From contig JBODTK010000106.1 of NCBI GenBank assembly GCA_050613775.1, positions 310,001-374,000 on the forward strand: a DNA stretch of 64,000 nt. Reading direction: 5' to 3'. Positions 13,192 to 29,203 of this stretch are shown piece after piece. Both the position numbers and the translations under genes were made by a program. The DNA is from Neocallimastix sp. 'constans'. Lineage: Eukaryota. Position 1 is the first letter of the stretch. Each line of letters starts with the position of its first letter. The notes under the pieces were generated by a model, which had not been told where the DNA came from, did not search any database, and was given only the letters and a program-made list of their open reading frames with translations.

Positions 13192-13232
13192 AGGGTCGTT
13201 CTGGATTTGAACTGAAGGACCGGTTGATCTGC
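13192..13232 (-). pseudogene. 3' half of tRNA-Cys(GCA)
   Basis: Minus strand GCAGATCAACCGGTCCTTCAGTTCAAATCCAGAACGACCCT follows the eukaryotic tRNA-Cys pattern GCAGATCAA..GGTCC..GTTCAAATCC..CCCT; 5' half absent. Confidence 0.8.
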
Positions 13233-14852
13233 TATTAATTATATGTTATTAACAAACTAATAAAAATTAATGTCAATAATATTTTTTATTTATATATTTC
13301 CCTATTATGTAACAATTTATATAAGTTTATAAGTTATAATTATTAAACGTTAAAACTTAGAGTCGATTTGGACTTAACAATTAGGTCAAGATGTCATATT
13401 ATAGCAATAGAAAATTTTATTATTTAAATTATAATATTATTTATAACATTGTTGTTATTAAAGTTTATTATTATTTTATTATTACTATTTTATTATTACT
13501 ATTTTATTATATACTTAATAGAATAATTGCTATAATTATAAATACAAAGATTTTATATAATAGTTAACTATTATTTAATTAAAAGATAATTATTGAATAT
13601 TATATAATTAAAAAAATATTTAATAATAAATTAATAATTCAATAAAATAATTCATGTGATTACATTAATTAATGTATAAATTGATTTTAATAGGTTAAAA
13701 AAATATTTAATTAAAGTTTATTTAATATTATTTATTATATATTATTGTTTAATATATATAATTACTATATATAAAATAATTAACGATTTAATGAAATTAT
13801 AAAGTGTAATTCAGTTAATTATTTCAACAAATTTGAAATGAAAAATTATTTATTTATAAATATTTTTATTATATAGTTTTTTAGAAATGAAATAATTATT
13901 TATTTATAAATATTTTTATTATAGTAAGGTTAAATATATAACATGTATAATATATTTTTTTTATAAATAAAAAGGTAAATATAAGATATATAATATGATA
14001 TTTATTTTTTTTAATAATATTTTATTTTATTTAATTTTTTTTTTTTTTTAAAATTTAAAATAATATTACCTATATTGGTAATATTAAAATTTAATTATTA
14101 AATATATTTTATTTTTATATTGGTCATTATTGAATTTATTTTATTTGTCAATTCTTCTTGTTTAATTGGCTTATGATTAAATTGAAGTTCATATAACGAA
14201 ATAAATACAAATAAATAATAATTATTAATAATTATTATTAAAAACTATTTATTATATTATACAACTTCATATCATTAATTCTAATATAGTTTTTTTTTTT
14301 TTTTTTTTTTTTTAATATCTTAATACTATTTTTATAAGTATTATTATTTAATTTATTTTACTATCCTTACATCCTTAACACTATTTTAATTAATATTATT
14401 TAATTTTCCAAAAAAATATTAAAATATTTTAAATGAAAGGTTGTATATATATATATATATTTTTTTTTTTTTAATACTATAATACTATATCATATTTGTA
14501 TTTCTAATTTCTATTTTATTTTTAATAACATTATATATTAATATTAACAATAATATTAATATTAATAATAAATAGATCAAAAATTTTTTAAAAAAAAATT
14601 AAATAATTTAAATTAGTTTAAGATTTTTTGATCTATTTATTAAATTATTTAAAATAATTGTGTATTATTAAATCTTTATTTATTTATTTTTTTATTAATA
14701 TTTCTTGATAATTTAATATAAAATAGTTGATATAATTTATCAAATGGTAATTGCTTTTATATAATCGGGAAAGATATTTAAATTTTCTTTTAAAAAAAGG
14801 ATTTTACAGAAAATTTAAGATCAATATTGTCGAATTGTTAAAAATTGTTTTT

Positions 14853-14896
<44 letters not shown>

Positions 14897-15958
14897 TTCT
14901 CTAAACTTTATGGTGATATAAATATTTTAATTTAAATTATTTTATTTTTTTTTTTAATTCTTAAATCTTAAAATATTAATATATATGAGACTATTTAATT
15001 ATAAAAATTATTTAATATTTGTATATTTGTAATTTATATATTCCTCTCTTTAAAACTAATACAATAGCAGTAGTATTATTACTTCTATTATATTATAATT
15101 TAAATATAATAATAATATTATTATTATTATTTATATTTTGTTCTTTATATTTCCATTTTATTTTTATTAGATATTCTTTCGTAATAAGGGATAATATTAA
15201 CTTTATGGTTAATATCTCATTTTAAAAACATAAATATTTTTTAAAGTAGATAATTATAAAAAATATTAATACTTAATGCGCTAATAAATTATTATATAAA
15301 TTATTTTCATTAATATTTCGAACTTGCTTGTAATATTATATATTAATAATTAAAAATAGCTTGTAATATTATATATTAATAATTAAAAATAACTAAGATA
15401 AGAATATATAATAAATAATATGAATGATAAATAAACAATAATAAATAAATATAAATATAAATAAATAAATAAAAATAAATAATAATAAATAATAATAAAT
15501 CATAATAAATAATAATAAATCATAATAAATAATAATAAATCATAATAAATAATAATAAATCATAATAAATAATTTTATACAATTTATTTATACTAATTTC
15601 TATATTGTGATAAAGTTTTTACATTTAATTAACATTAATAAAAATTTATTTTTTTTATAAAAAATATTAATATTTCTTTATAAAGGAATAAGAAGAGATT
15701 ACAATATTATATTCAAAATGCAATTATATTTATTTTTCTTTTATGCTTAGATTATTGTTTATCATTGTTATTTATTTTTTTTTTTTGACTACATTAATAA
15801 AACTTTAATATTACCTTTAAATAAAAATAATATTTCAAATTACATATTTTATTTTCCAAATAATAATTTATTCCTTTTAATTAAATATTTTTTGCTCTTT
15901 CAAGTAGAGCTATAGTTGTAAAGTTATCAAGGTTTTATAGGGTATATACTTTATGACA

Positions 15959-16062
<104 letters not shown>

Positions 16063-17612
16063 AATAAAAAATAAAATGATATAAATTACTTTCCATACCA
16101 TAAATATTGAATTAAATATTAATGTATATTTTTATGGATTATACATCTAATTTGTTAAATTTTATTTTAAGTTAATATATATATGATATATGAACAATAT
16201 ATATTATAATATATTTAAATGAATAAAGCAGTCCGATTGATTTAATTTAGTTTCAATGATGCAATTTGGAAAAAACAGAAAAATTAATCTATTTATCAAA
16301 TATATACTAATATATAACATTACATATAATATATATAAATATATTAATTTAAATATTTTTATCTTTCTTTAATATGTATAAATTTGCTTAAATTTTACTA
16401 TATAATGTACATCTAATGTATTTACAAATATATTATTTATATATAATTTTAAAGATTTTAATAATCAATTCTTTTTTTTTCTTGTTAAAAAAAAATTTAA
16501 TTAAAAAAAAAAAAAAACTAAAACTATTATTTTTATAATATTTATAAAATTTAGAAAGTTAAAAAAATATTAATACTTAATTTTTAATTGAAGATATGTA
16601 TGAATAAAATAATAAAAATGATAAAAGTATTTTATTTTTTAAGTGATATTATGAATAAAATTTTTAAATAATTAACTTATTTAATAGTACATCATTTGAA
16701 TTATACTAGTTTTATAATGTAAATAAAACTTTACAAAATTTAAATGGAATATTAAGGTAGAAAAATCATTCATGTGAACTTATTTAATAGAAGTTGAAAT
16801 ATTAATTTATTATTTAGTATTGTAACCTAATTTTATTTTAATTATATATATTTTGAATGTATTTATATCACAATGATTTATTGAGGAGAAATAAAAAATT
16901 TATGACAGAAAAAAAAATTTTTTTTTGTTTATTTATTTTATTTGTTTCTTTATTTGAAGGCTTTTAATTTATAGAATTCATAGTTGTAATATATATTATT
17001 AATTTACATTTAAAAAAAATAAAAATAAAAAAAAAAAAGGAAAAAAAGGAAAAATGAAATCTATTATTTATTATTTTATATACCTTATAATAATATTAAA
17101 AGAAAGATTTAGAAATACTTATTAAATAAAATATAAACAAAAAATCACAACTTTAAATTTTAATTTTTTTTTTTTTGCTTAAGATAAAAAATAAATAAAT
17201 AAATAAATAAATATAAATAAAAATATATAGATAAATAAATATATGCAAATAATTAAATAAATATTAATTAAGAAATATTTTAATTAATTAATTAATTAAT
17301 TAATATATCATATATAATATTTCCTATTTAGACGTATTAATAAATATTAATTTTATAATATATTGATACAATTATATTTAATAATTTTTAATTAATATAA
17401 AATCGAATTAATTAATAAAACCAATTTGTAATAGTAATAATAATAAGTAATAAAATCTGTACTATAACAAATCAATTAAGTATAATAAAATTTATAAAAA
17501 AATAGTATTACTACTATACTATCCTTGATTATTATTAAATTATTTAACCTTTTAAATAAATAATATTTTATATATAATTATTAATATTATAATATATAAT
17601 TTAACTTTAATA

Positions 17613-17643
<31 letters not shown>

Positions 17644-17935
17644 ATTTATTTTACTGTTATATATGTTTATATTAAAATATATTATTTATATATTATAATT
17701 TTTTATTATATTATTTTTTTATATATATATAGAGTCTTTTGAATCGAGAAATTTTTTTTTTTTTTTTTCTCTTCACGAATTATTTATTAAATTAATATTT
17801 TATATTTTTATTTTTTATTTTATATAATATTAATATAGAAAAAAAAAATAGATATTATTTTTATTTTTTTTTTAAATATTAAGAGTGAATTTATATAAGA
17901 TAAAACATTTAAATTTAATTTATTTATTATAATAA

Positions 17936-20156
<2,221 letters not shown>

Positions 20157-21292
20157 GCTAATTAATTAAGAAGAGAGAACCTTTTGAGGATTCTTTTTTT
20201 TTTTTTTCTAATGAAAGATAATAATAATAATAAATAAAAGTATGTTAAAAAAAATAATAAAATTTATATTTTTTTTAACGTCTTTGTAAAATATATTGAA
20301 AAAAAAGAGGAAAAAGGAATATGATATATAATAATAATATATAATTAATAATATATATTTGATAGAAACATAAACTTTTTATTAGATAATATAAAAAATA
20401 CTATTATAATAATACTAGAAACATATAATATAAAAAGGATATAAAATAATAACAAATACTATCTTATATATTTTAAGTTTATAAGTTTCTATACTATTAT
20501 TTTAATTGTATTTCTTTTTACTTTATATATTATTTTTTTTTAGAAAAAAAAATTATTTTTTGTCATTTAAAACTTTTTTTTTTCAAAAATATTTTATATA
20601 TTTTTAATAATATATAAAATTAAAATAAACAAAATGTTCAATTTTTTTTTTTTATTGAAGTAACAATAATTTAATTAAAAAAGCAACAATATATAATAAT
20701 ATTAAACATATTTAAAAACCAATTTTAAATTAAAATGATATAAAAAATTTGTATAAAAACGTTTTAATTTAAAATTTTATAAAGTATATAAAAAAGACAC
20801 AAAATAATAATTATTATTAAAGACAATTAACTAAAGACAATTGTAGTAAAAATAAAATTAAACAAAATAATTATTTAAAGAATTATTATTAGTTTAGAAA
20901 TTATTGTTTTTTATTAATTTTTATTTGCTTAATTCTTAAAAAAAAAAAAAAAAACAAAGTAAATAAATTAACTTATTAAAGATAATTTATAAAAATTTAT
21001 TTTTTATTTTGTATTTGGTGTGTAAATAAATGATTAATATTAAAAATGAGTGTATAGTATATAAAATAATTTAAAATTTTTAATTTAGTTGCATAAAAAA
21101 GAATTAATAATAATACTATTATTATTATAATTATTAATATTATTTTTTATTCGTATTATTATTTTTTTATTTTGCTTTTATATTAAATGAATTAATTTTT
21201 ATTTTTATATATTAATACTTAATCTATAAGGAAAAAAAAAAAATAATAATAATGAAAAAAATAAAAATAAAAATTTAATTATTAGATTATAA

Positions 21293-21510
21293 TTATAATC
21301 TATCCATTCTATTTTTTACATTAATATATAATTGTTCTATATTATGAATATTAACATAGCTAGAATCATCATCTTCATCATCTGATAAACAGTTTTCTCG
21401 ATCGATATCCATAAAATTCCCTCCAGATTCTTCTAACCATAGATAGTCATTATATCTTATACATTTTGATAAATCTAATAGATACTATTTTTAAGAATAA
21501 AATATGTATA

Positions 21511-21551
<41 letters not shown>

Positions 21552-22012
21552 GTAGTAGTAGTAGTAGCAGTAATATCATTTTTAATTATTTATTGTTGTA
21601 AATATTAATATAAATTACTAATTACTTAATATATTATATAAATTTATTATATTTATATATATTTATTTATTTATTTTTTATTTTTTATTTTTTTTTTTTT
21701 TTTTTTTTTTTTTATTTTTTTTTTGTTTTGTTTTATTTAATTTACCTGTACATCAAACGGTATATCCTTATTTTTTAATATTTTTTTAATTTGCTTTTCC
21801 AATATTTTACAATTGACTCGATCATCTTTATAATATATATATGAGGGTATAATATAAAATTATATATATATATAATAAATAATTAAATTAATATATTTAA
21901 GGTTATTTTATTTTTATTTAAATATATATATATATAAAATTTTTTTTAAAATTCATTTTTTTATTTCTATTATTATTATTATTATTATTATTATATTTTA
22001 TTTTATTTTTAT

Positions 22013-22047
<35 letters not shown>

Positions 22048-22594
22048 AATTTTTTGATTTACCCATTCTTATTGAAAGCATTAAAGCATCACATAAAAGT
22101 TGAAGATCAACTCCTCTAGAGGCATCTTTAAGACAATCACAACTTAACCAATAGAAATTTAAAGAATTAAATATCTTACAGATTCTTTTATTAACATTGG
22201 AATAATCTTCCCATCTATTTAATAACATTTTTTTTTATAGTAATTTGTATATATAATAAATATATTTATTGTAAATTAATTGTTAATCTATATAATATAT
22301 ATATGTATATTTTTTCTTATTTTCTTATTTTATCATTTTCTTCTTCTTATTATTATTTTAGATACCTTTCTTCTTTAAATGCATGTGCTGATGCTATACC
22401 ATAAAGAACTAAAGATATATGATCTGGCATTAATCGACTATGAAAACTGGCAACTTCATTTAACATTAAATAAAATGCTGATTCATTATTTTTTGTTAAA
22501 ATGGCTACCGGATTACATTTTCTTAAAATTACATTACAATTTTCTTTAAATTTACTATAATCCATGGTTGTTGTTGTTAATAACTAACAACATC

Positions 22595-22644
<50 letters not shown>

Positions 22645-24697
22645 TTATTTAAAATATATATATATATATATATATTAAATAAATTAATCATTACAATTAT
22701 ATAAATAAAAATAAAAAAAAAAAATTAAAATAAAAATAAATAAATATAAATATATAATAAATATATAATAAATATATATATATAATAAATAATATAATAT
22801 ATAATATATAAAATATATATAAAATATATAAAAGAGTTATTTACATCTGAAAATTCTTGTACTGAATCAATACATAAACCAAATCTTTCTTTTAGAGCCA
22901 TAAGATAAAGTGTGGTTGCTTCAAGAGCTACGTTTTCTTCATCTTCATCAAATTCATCTTCAGATTGCCATTTTTTATAACGTGAATCATAATTTTCTGA
23001 TATTAATCTAGCTAACGCTATACAGGATAAATAAACGGTTTGTGAAATTTGTGCTGTAGTTAGTTCTGGTGGTTGTTTTGTGGGTGGTGAATTTAATTGA
23101 GAAATATTTGATTTTGATGACTTTTTTTTCACTTGTCGATTTTCATGTTGTAATAATATTATTAAAAGTTGATGTAAAGTATTTGCAGTTTCTTGTGCTA
23201 ATTTACAATTCCAGAAAACTTTGAATAAATATTATTATTTTATATAAAAAAATATATATAAATATATATATATAAGAAAAAAGAAATTTAGAATTATAGA
23301 ATCATATTTATTAATAAATAAATAAAATAAGTAAATAAATATCTTAAGAGTAATAATAATCATAAAATATAACAATTTAATAAAAGGTATTATTAAAACT
23401 ATTGTATTATATATAATATTTTTGTTATTATTATAATATTCATTACATATTTATATATATATATTTTATTTTTATTCATTATTTTTTATTTTTATTTTTA
23501 TTTTTATTATTATTATTATTTAATAAAATACCAGTTGCTGCATTCCAATATACATTGGCTGCTACTGAAGGGTGCGATTTTTTTATTTTTTCAGCTTGCT
23601 TTAATTTCTTATATGCCTCTTTTAATAATAATAAAATTAGAAATATTCAATTTAATTTAATTTCAATTATATTTATATTCATATTCATAATAACAATAAA
23701 GTATTATATAATTAATAATTATATATATATATAATATTTATAATATTAATTTTAAAGAAGGGATTGCTATTAAAATTTTTAATTACATATATATTAATAT
23801 ATAAATAATTTTATTTACCAATTGCTGCTGCATTTTGTGAAGTGGATATAGAAAGATTTTCAGTATTTCTTTTTTTCTGATTTTTTTTATTATTTTTATT
23901 ATTTTTTTTATTTTTATTATTTTTAGCATTTTCTTTTTCAACTAATGCTTTATGTTTTTGGGTTTTTATATGATTATTATAGGTAGCCTCAGTTGAAAAT
24001 GTCTTTCTACATATGTTACATTTATATTGCTTATTTATCGATTCTATTGATGAACTGTTTTTAATAGAAGAAACAGAAGAGGTGTCTGTTGAAATGGTAT
24101 CAGTAGATTCTGATAGTGAAATATTAGAAAGTGAAATGTTAGATTTTCTTCTTGAAGATAGACTAGTGGTGGACTTTAAGTATCGTTCACTGACTGAACT
24201 TGTAAAATTTGGTTTAAATAATTCATATCTATTTTCTAATAAATAAAATGGTTCAAGTCTTGATGGTGGACCAAAAACTTTGTTATATATATTTTATTGA
24301 ATTTTCATAAATGATTTTAAATTGAAATTTTAATATTCAATTTAAATTATATACATTTATATTAAAAATAAAATAAGATATTAATATTCATTTCAATGGA
24401 GGAATTTATTTTTATATAAAAGAATATATATTTATATATATAGAATAAAATGCATAATTATTTGTTGCATAAATGATTGATAATAATGGTAATAATAATA
24501 ATAACAACAATAATAATAATAATAATAAAAACTGTATATATATTTTATTGTTATTTTTTTATTATTATTATTTTATATTTTATATCTATATATAAATAAA
24601 TTTGACATTAACTATTCATTTCTTTGAATTTTTCTGGTGTTATTGAATAGGGTATAACCTGATAAATTGAAGGATCGGGTAGAAAATCAATTTCCAT
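21293..24697 (-). CDS. Multi-exon protein with a single C2H2 (JAZ/matrin-like) zinc finger; function unknown
   Basis: Coding-like blocks at ~24660-24697, 23820-24290 (YKCNICRKTFSTEATYNNHIKTQKHK), 23532-23620, 22845-23220, 22366-22583, 22062-22240, 21745-21830 and 21293-21475, separated by AT-rich introns; boundaries approximate. Confidence 0.7.
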
Positions 24698-24871
24698 TGA
24701 GGTTTTATTTTTTTTTTTTAAAAAAAAAAAAAAATATATTATATAGATGTATAATAAATAAATTATTAAGATGGATATTAATGATAATAATAATAATAAA
24801 AAAAAAAAAATATTATTAAAATATTATTTTTATATTTATATATAAAGTTTGATTTTTAATTTTTAAAATTT

Positions 24872-24915
<44 letters not shown>

Positions 24916-25299
24916 TTATTTTTTTAATATGATTATCGAAAAATTAAAAATATATATATATATGTGTGTGAATATGTGTATTTCATTTTATATTAATCTT
25001 CATTAATATAATATACATTATTTATTTTTATTTTTTTAATTTCTTTAAGATAAAATAATTATACATTAATAAAATTTAAAATATAAAATATTATAAAAAA
25101 AAATTTATATTATTAATGAGCATATAAATTGAATTCTTTTATGATTTAATTATAAGAAGCATTATTTGAGATTTTAAACAAATATTTTATCTTTTTTTTT
25201 TTTTTTTTTTTTTTTGACTTGGAATAAACTTTATTTAATAATATTCATTAAAAAAAAAAAAAAAAAAATACATGAATTTATTTATTTTATTATTTAAAA

Positions 25300-25720
25300 A
25301 ACTATGTAATGAGTTTCCAGGATGAAAGGGTCTCTAATTCTTCCATTAAAATTTGTGCATACTTTCAAAGTAAGGTAGAGTATTAGTAATTTATTTTTTA
25401 TTTTTATTTTTATTGAGGTCAAGAAAATCAAAAAAGGTAAATAAATCATTAAGTTTTCATTGTTGGCAGATCTCATGAATGGAGACCATTAAACTAATAC
25501 ATTCTTCTTTATTTTTAAAACCAACCTGTTTTGGTCAAATAATTCCATGAGAAAAAAAAAAAAGCGTAGTTCGAAATTCTTTAAGTGAAAATTTTTTGAC
25601 AGAATCTACATTGAAAATTGAAATACCATGGTTAATTATTACAATCAGAAAGATCCCCTTTCTTAGGAATGGAAATAACAGAAACAGAATTTCATTTATC
25701 AGGGAAGTCACCATCCAAAA
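25300..25720 (-). pseudogene. Degenerate LINE reverse transcriptase fragment
   Basis: Minus strand translates DGDFPDK*NSVSVISIPKKGDLSDCNN..GIS..QVGFKNKEECISL..EICQ, homologous to 54120-54380. Confidence 0.85.
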
Positions 25721-25779
25721 TTTTATTAAATAATAAAAATAGACAATTTTAAGTTTTAAAAAAAATTTTTTTTTATTTA

Positions 25780-25810
<31 letters not shown>

Positions 25811-26569
25811 TTTTTTTTTTTTAATCTTTTAATAAAATAAATGCTCTACATTAGATAATTTCTTAATGTAAACAGAGTAATGGAATGCTGAACCCTATAG
25901 ATTTTTAGGAACCCTTACGTGAATTTCATTATTGCTCATTCTTATTTTTGCGGTTAAAAATAAAAATATTTCTAGGGATAATATTGAGTATATCATTCAA
26001 AAATTTAATTTTTTTTTTTTTTTTTTTATACCTGCTATTATTGCGAATTTTTAACTTTATTTATTTATTAATTACATAAATATATATATATATATATTTT
26101 ATTATTAAAAAATACTCAATTAATAAAAAAAAAGATAAATATTATTTGACCAATTTGATCATAATAGTAATGTGAAATAAAAAGTAATATAGTAATATTC
26201 AAAATAAAGTGTATAAATGAATTCAGAAAATAGTCCATACGCAATGAACCTCACCTCCAGATTATAAGTTTTCTGTTTTAAAAGAAATTCATGGATTTGA
26301 ATTGACTATCTGAAAGAAATTATAGTCTTCTCCTTCAGAGGCATTGGCCCTGCTAGCCTGTCTTACTGTATTTTCAGCGTTGATGCTACTGGTTAGTTTG
26401 TACTTATATCGTCAGAAAAGCCACCCTTGTCGAATACTAGCCCTAGGCATAATTTCTATAAGGAGAGCCGTAGATCGCACCAATTGAGTTTTTGAATAAT
26501 CACCAGAAATGATTTGGTTCTTAAATAAAATATCACATTCTTTTTTATAATTTAAATCATAAATATCTT

Positions 26570-26615
26570 CATTTCAACGGAATACAATTTCATCATCAAT
26601 CTAAAAGATCGACAA

Positions 26616-26652
<37 letters not shown>

Positions 26653-26947
26653 CTAGGAATCGACAAATTAATGATATTAGGTTTGTTAAAAACTCCGCAA
26701 TCCCCACAAAATTTGGAACAGTCAACGAAGTCGAACTTTGTTTAAAAATATTGTCAACTAATTGTCTTTGTTTAAAAATATTGTCAACTAATTGTCTTTG
26801 TTCCCCATCATTAACTTTAATATTGAACGTCCGCCAAGAAGAGCACTCAATATAAAATAATAAATATTATTATCATAATAATCCTTTTCTGAATCTAAAT
26901 AAACATCTAAGGATTTTTGTTCAATTATCAATGTAAACTTGAGAAAA
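26570..26947 (-). mobile_element. LINE fragment (C-terminal coding region), same family as 53150-56925
   Basis: Reverse complement closely matches 55760-55852 (TGATAATTGAACAAAAATCC..TTTAGATTCAGAAAAGGAT) and 56587-56657; contains a 31-bp tandem duplication and a nested micro-insertion. Confidence 0.9.
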
Positions 26948-27744
26948 TTACTTAAATTAACACGTTTTTCACTATCATTATTCCTATCTTCACTATCAAT
27001 ATTATTACTAACAAAACTATTGCTATTACTATTATTATTAATATTATATCATTACTACTATCAGAATTTAATACTATTGTTTAGAAAACCAATATTTCAA
27101 TTTGGTATTACTCCTTTCCAAAATAAAATAAAATAAAATAAAGCAATATTTAGATTAAATATATAAATAAAATAAAAATAGAATAAAGATAAATTCATCA
27201 TTAATTTATATTTATAATTTAAAATCTTCTAAATATATTATTTTTGATCGCTTTTTAAAGTCGACAATATATTACAATTAACATATTTTGATAAAACAAG
27301 TTATTATCTGATCCTGGATTTATTTTTACCACAAAATGCTTAATTTATGACATATCATCGATAATACACCTTTTTGTAATTAAATTCATTTGAACTCCAG
27401 AAAATTTACAATTTTTCTTTTCCACTTTTATATAACTATTAAAAGTTTTACTGAAAATTAAAATTTATTTATTTTTAAATAATTAATTTTATTAATAATT
27501 TACTGTTATTTAAAATGATTATATTCGTTTTCTCTCCAAAATAATTTATCAAACAATTCCCTTTCTAAAAAAATTATTCCTTATTTAAACTCCATTATTT
27601 AATAATATAAACTATATATTTAAAAACTATTTAATAACCACACTAATGATATGTATAAAAAATAAAAAATAAAAGTGATAATTTTTATGTTTTTTATTAA
27701 ACATGAAATAACCGTAATGATGTTACATATAACCCTTATTTAAT

Positions 27745-28841
27745 TTAAATATCGGATTTGAATTCTGGTTCCTTGAAAGCACGGTCGACCTTAGCACCGA
27801 CATCATCACTTCCACCGTGAAGTTCCATAAGCTTACCAACATCGTATTTTGGGTGCTTAAGAATCTTAACCTTACGGAGTAAGACATTGTTAAGTGGGTA
27901 GATGTTGTGGGTAGCCTTTTCAATTCTCTTACCAATGATTTCTAAAGTGAACTTACCAACAAATTCCTTCATATCACAAGTAGTAGCTTCAGCAGTAACA
28001 ATTTCGAAAATCTTCTTTCTGATTTGCTTGATTTGAGCAGTTTGGGCGTAAGTAGTCTTTCTGATTTGATTCTTTCTTCTTTGGGTGAAACCAATGATGA
28101 AGCAACGGAGAAGATAACCATCAGTAGTCTTAACATCAATGTAGGCTTCGACAAGAGATTGCCACTTCTTGACAAGAGATCTAAGCTTGTCAGAGGTAAT
28201 ACCTAAACCGTGGAAATTGGTGAGACAGTTCTTACCTTGAATTTCATCAATTCTAAGCTTAATCTTACGGAAAGCATCTTCTTGATTGTCATTAAGATCA
28301 GCTAAAGAAACTTCGACAACACTACCCTTAAGATAGTCAGAAGAGTTTTCTTTAAAATAATAATAATTAATATAATGTTCTACAAATATATTTTATAATT
28401 ATAATACTTACTTAAACCTTGAGTACGGTTAACAAGAGTTTTACCGATATCTCTTTTGGAGAACATAGCTGGAGCCTTGAGATCATACCAATCCTTTCTG
28501 GTGAATGGATCAATACTATTGAATATTTTTTAAAAATATATAATATAATATTAATTACCTATAGTATTTACTATTTTCTTTAAATAATTACGATTATAGA
28601 ATAATATCTATTTCATTTATATTTATTATATCCATTCATCCATCATTCTTTAATTAATATTTCAATGATACATACATCTTCTTCTTGAGACCCTTCTTTC
28701 CCTTAGAGAGACGCCTAGTATAAATTTAGTACCAAATAATATTGTATTATATATTAATTAGCACATTTATTTTTCATTCATTTGTAAATTCTATATTTCA
28801 TAATTCCATCATAAAATATACTTGTTTTTTCCTACGGCCAT
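27745..28841 (-). CDS. RPS1: 40S ribosomal protein eS1 (S3a), 4 exons
   Basis: [73 protein letters not shown]; three short GT-AG introns; strongly biased codons. Confidence 0.98.
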
Positions 28842-29203
28842 CTTAATAATATAATTAGCTTTTTAATGAGCTACAAAAGGAGAGAAATAAAATGATAGCT
28901 GTAGTCAATATTCTTTTGTTCCAACGATTTATTATTAATTGATTGGATAATAATTAAACCAATAATTTTATTATAATAACGTATTTAATTTATAAATATA
29001 TATAACCAAATTGTATACGTTTTATATTATTGATAATATAAATTGTATTTAATATGTAAAAATTATTAATATTTATAAATAACTAATGTAATTAATTATA
29101 TGTTTAATTATTAATATTTTAATTAATTATTAGTTATTATTTAAGAATCAATTCATTAAATTTTTTACTTCAATAAAATATTTTATAAATAAAATTAATA
29201 AAA

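Noticed and set aside
27180..27600. Decayed coding-like sequence on the minus strand
   Set aside because: Multiple stops and no recognisable motif.
27723..28206. Apparent frameshift in RPS1 from the ORF track
   Set aside because: The true frame continues upstream of the Met at 27972 to the splice acceptor; the other ORFs are off-frame.
28517..28676. Intronic snoRNA in RPS1 (as in vertebrate RPS3A)
   Set aside because: No box C/D pair or H/ACA structure visible.
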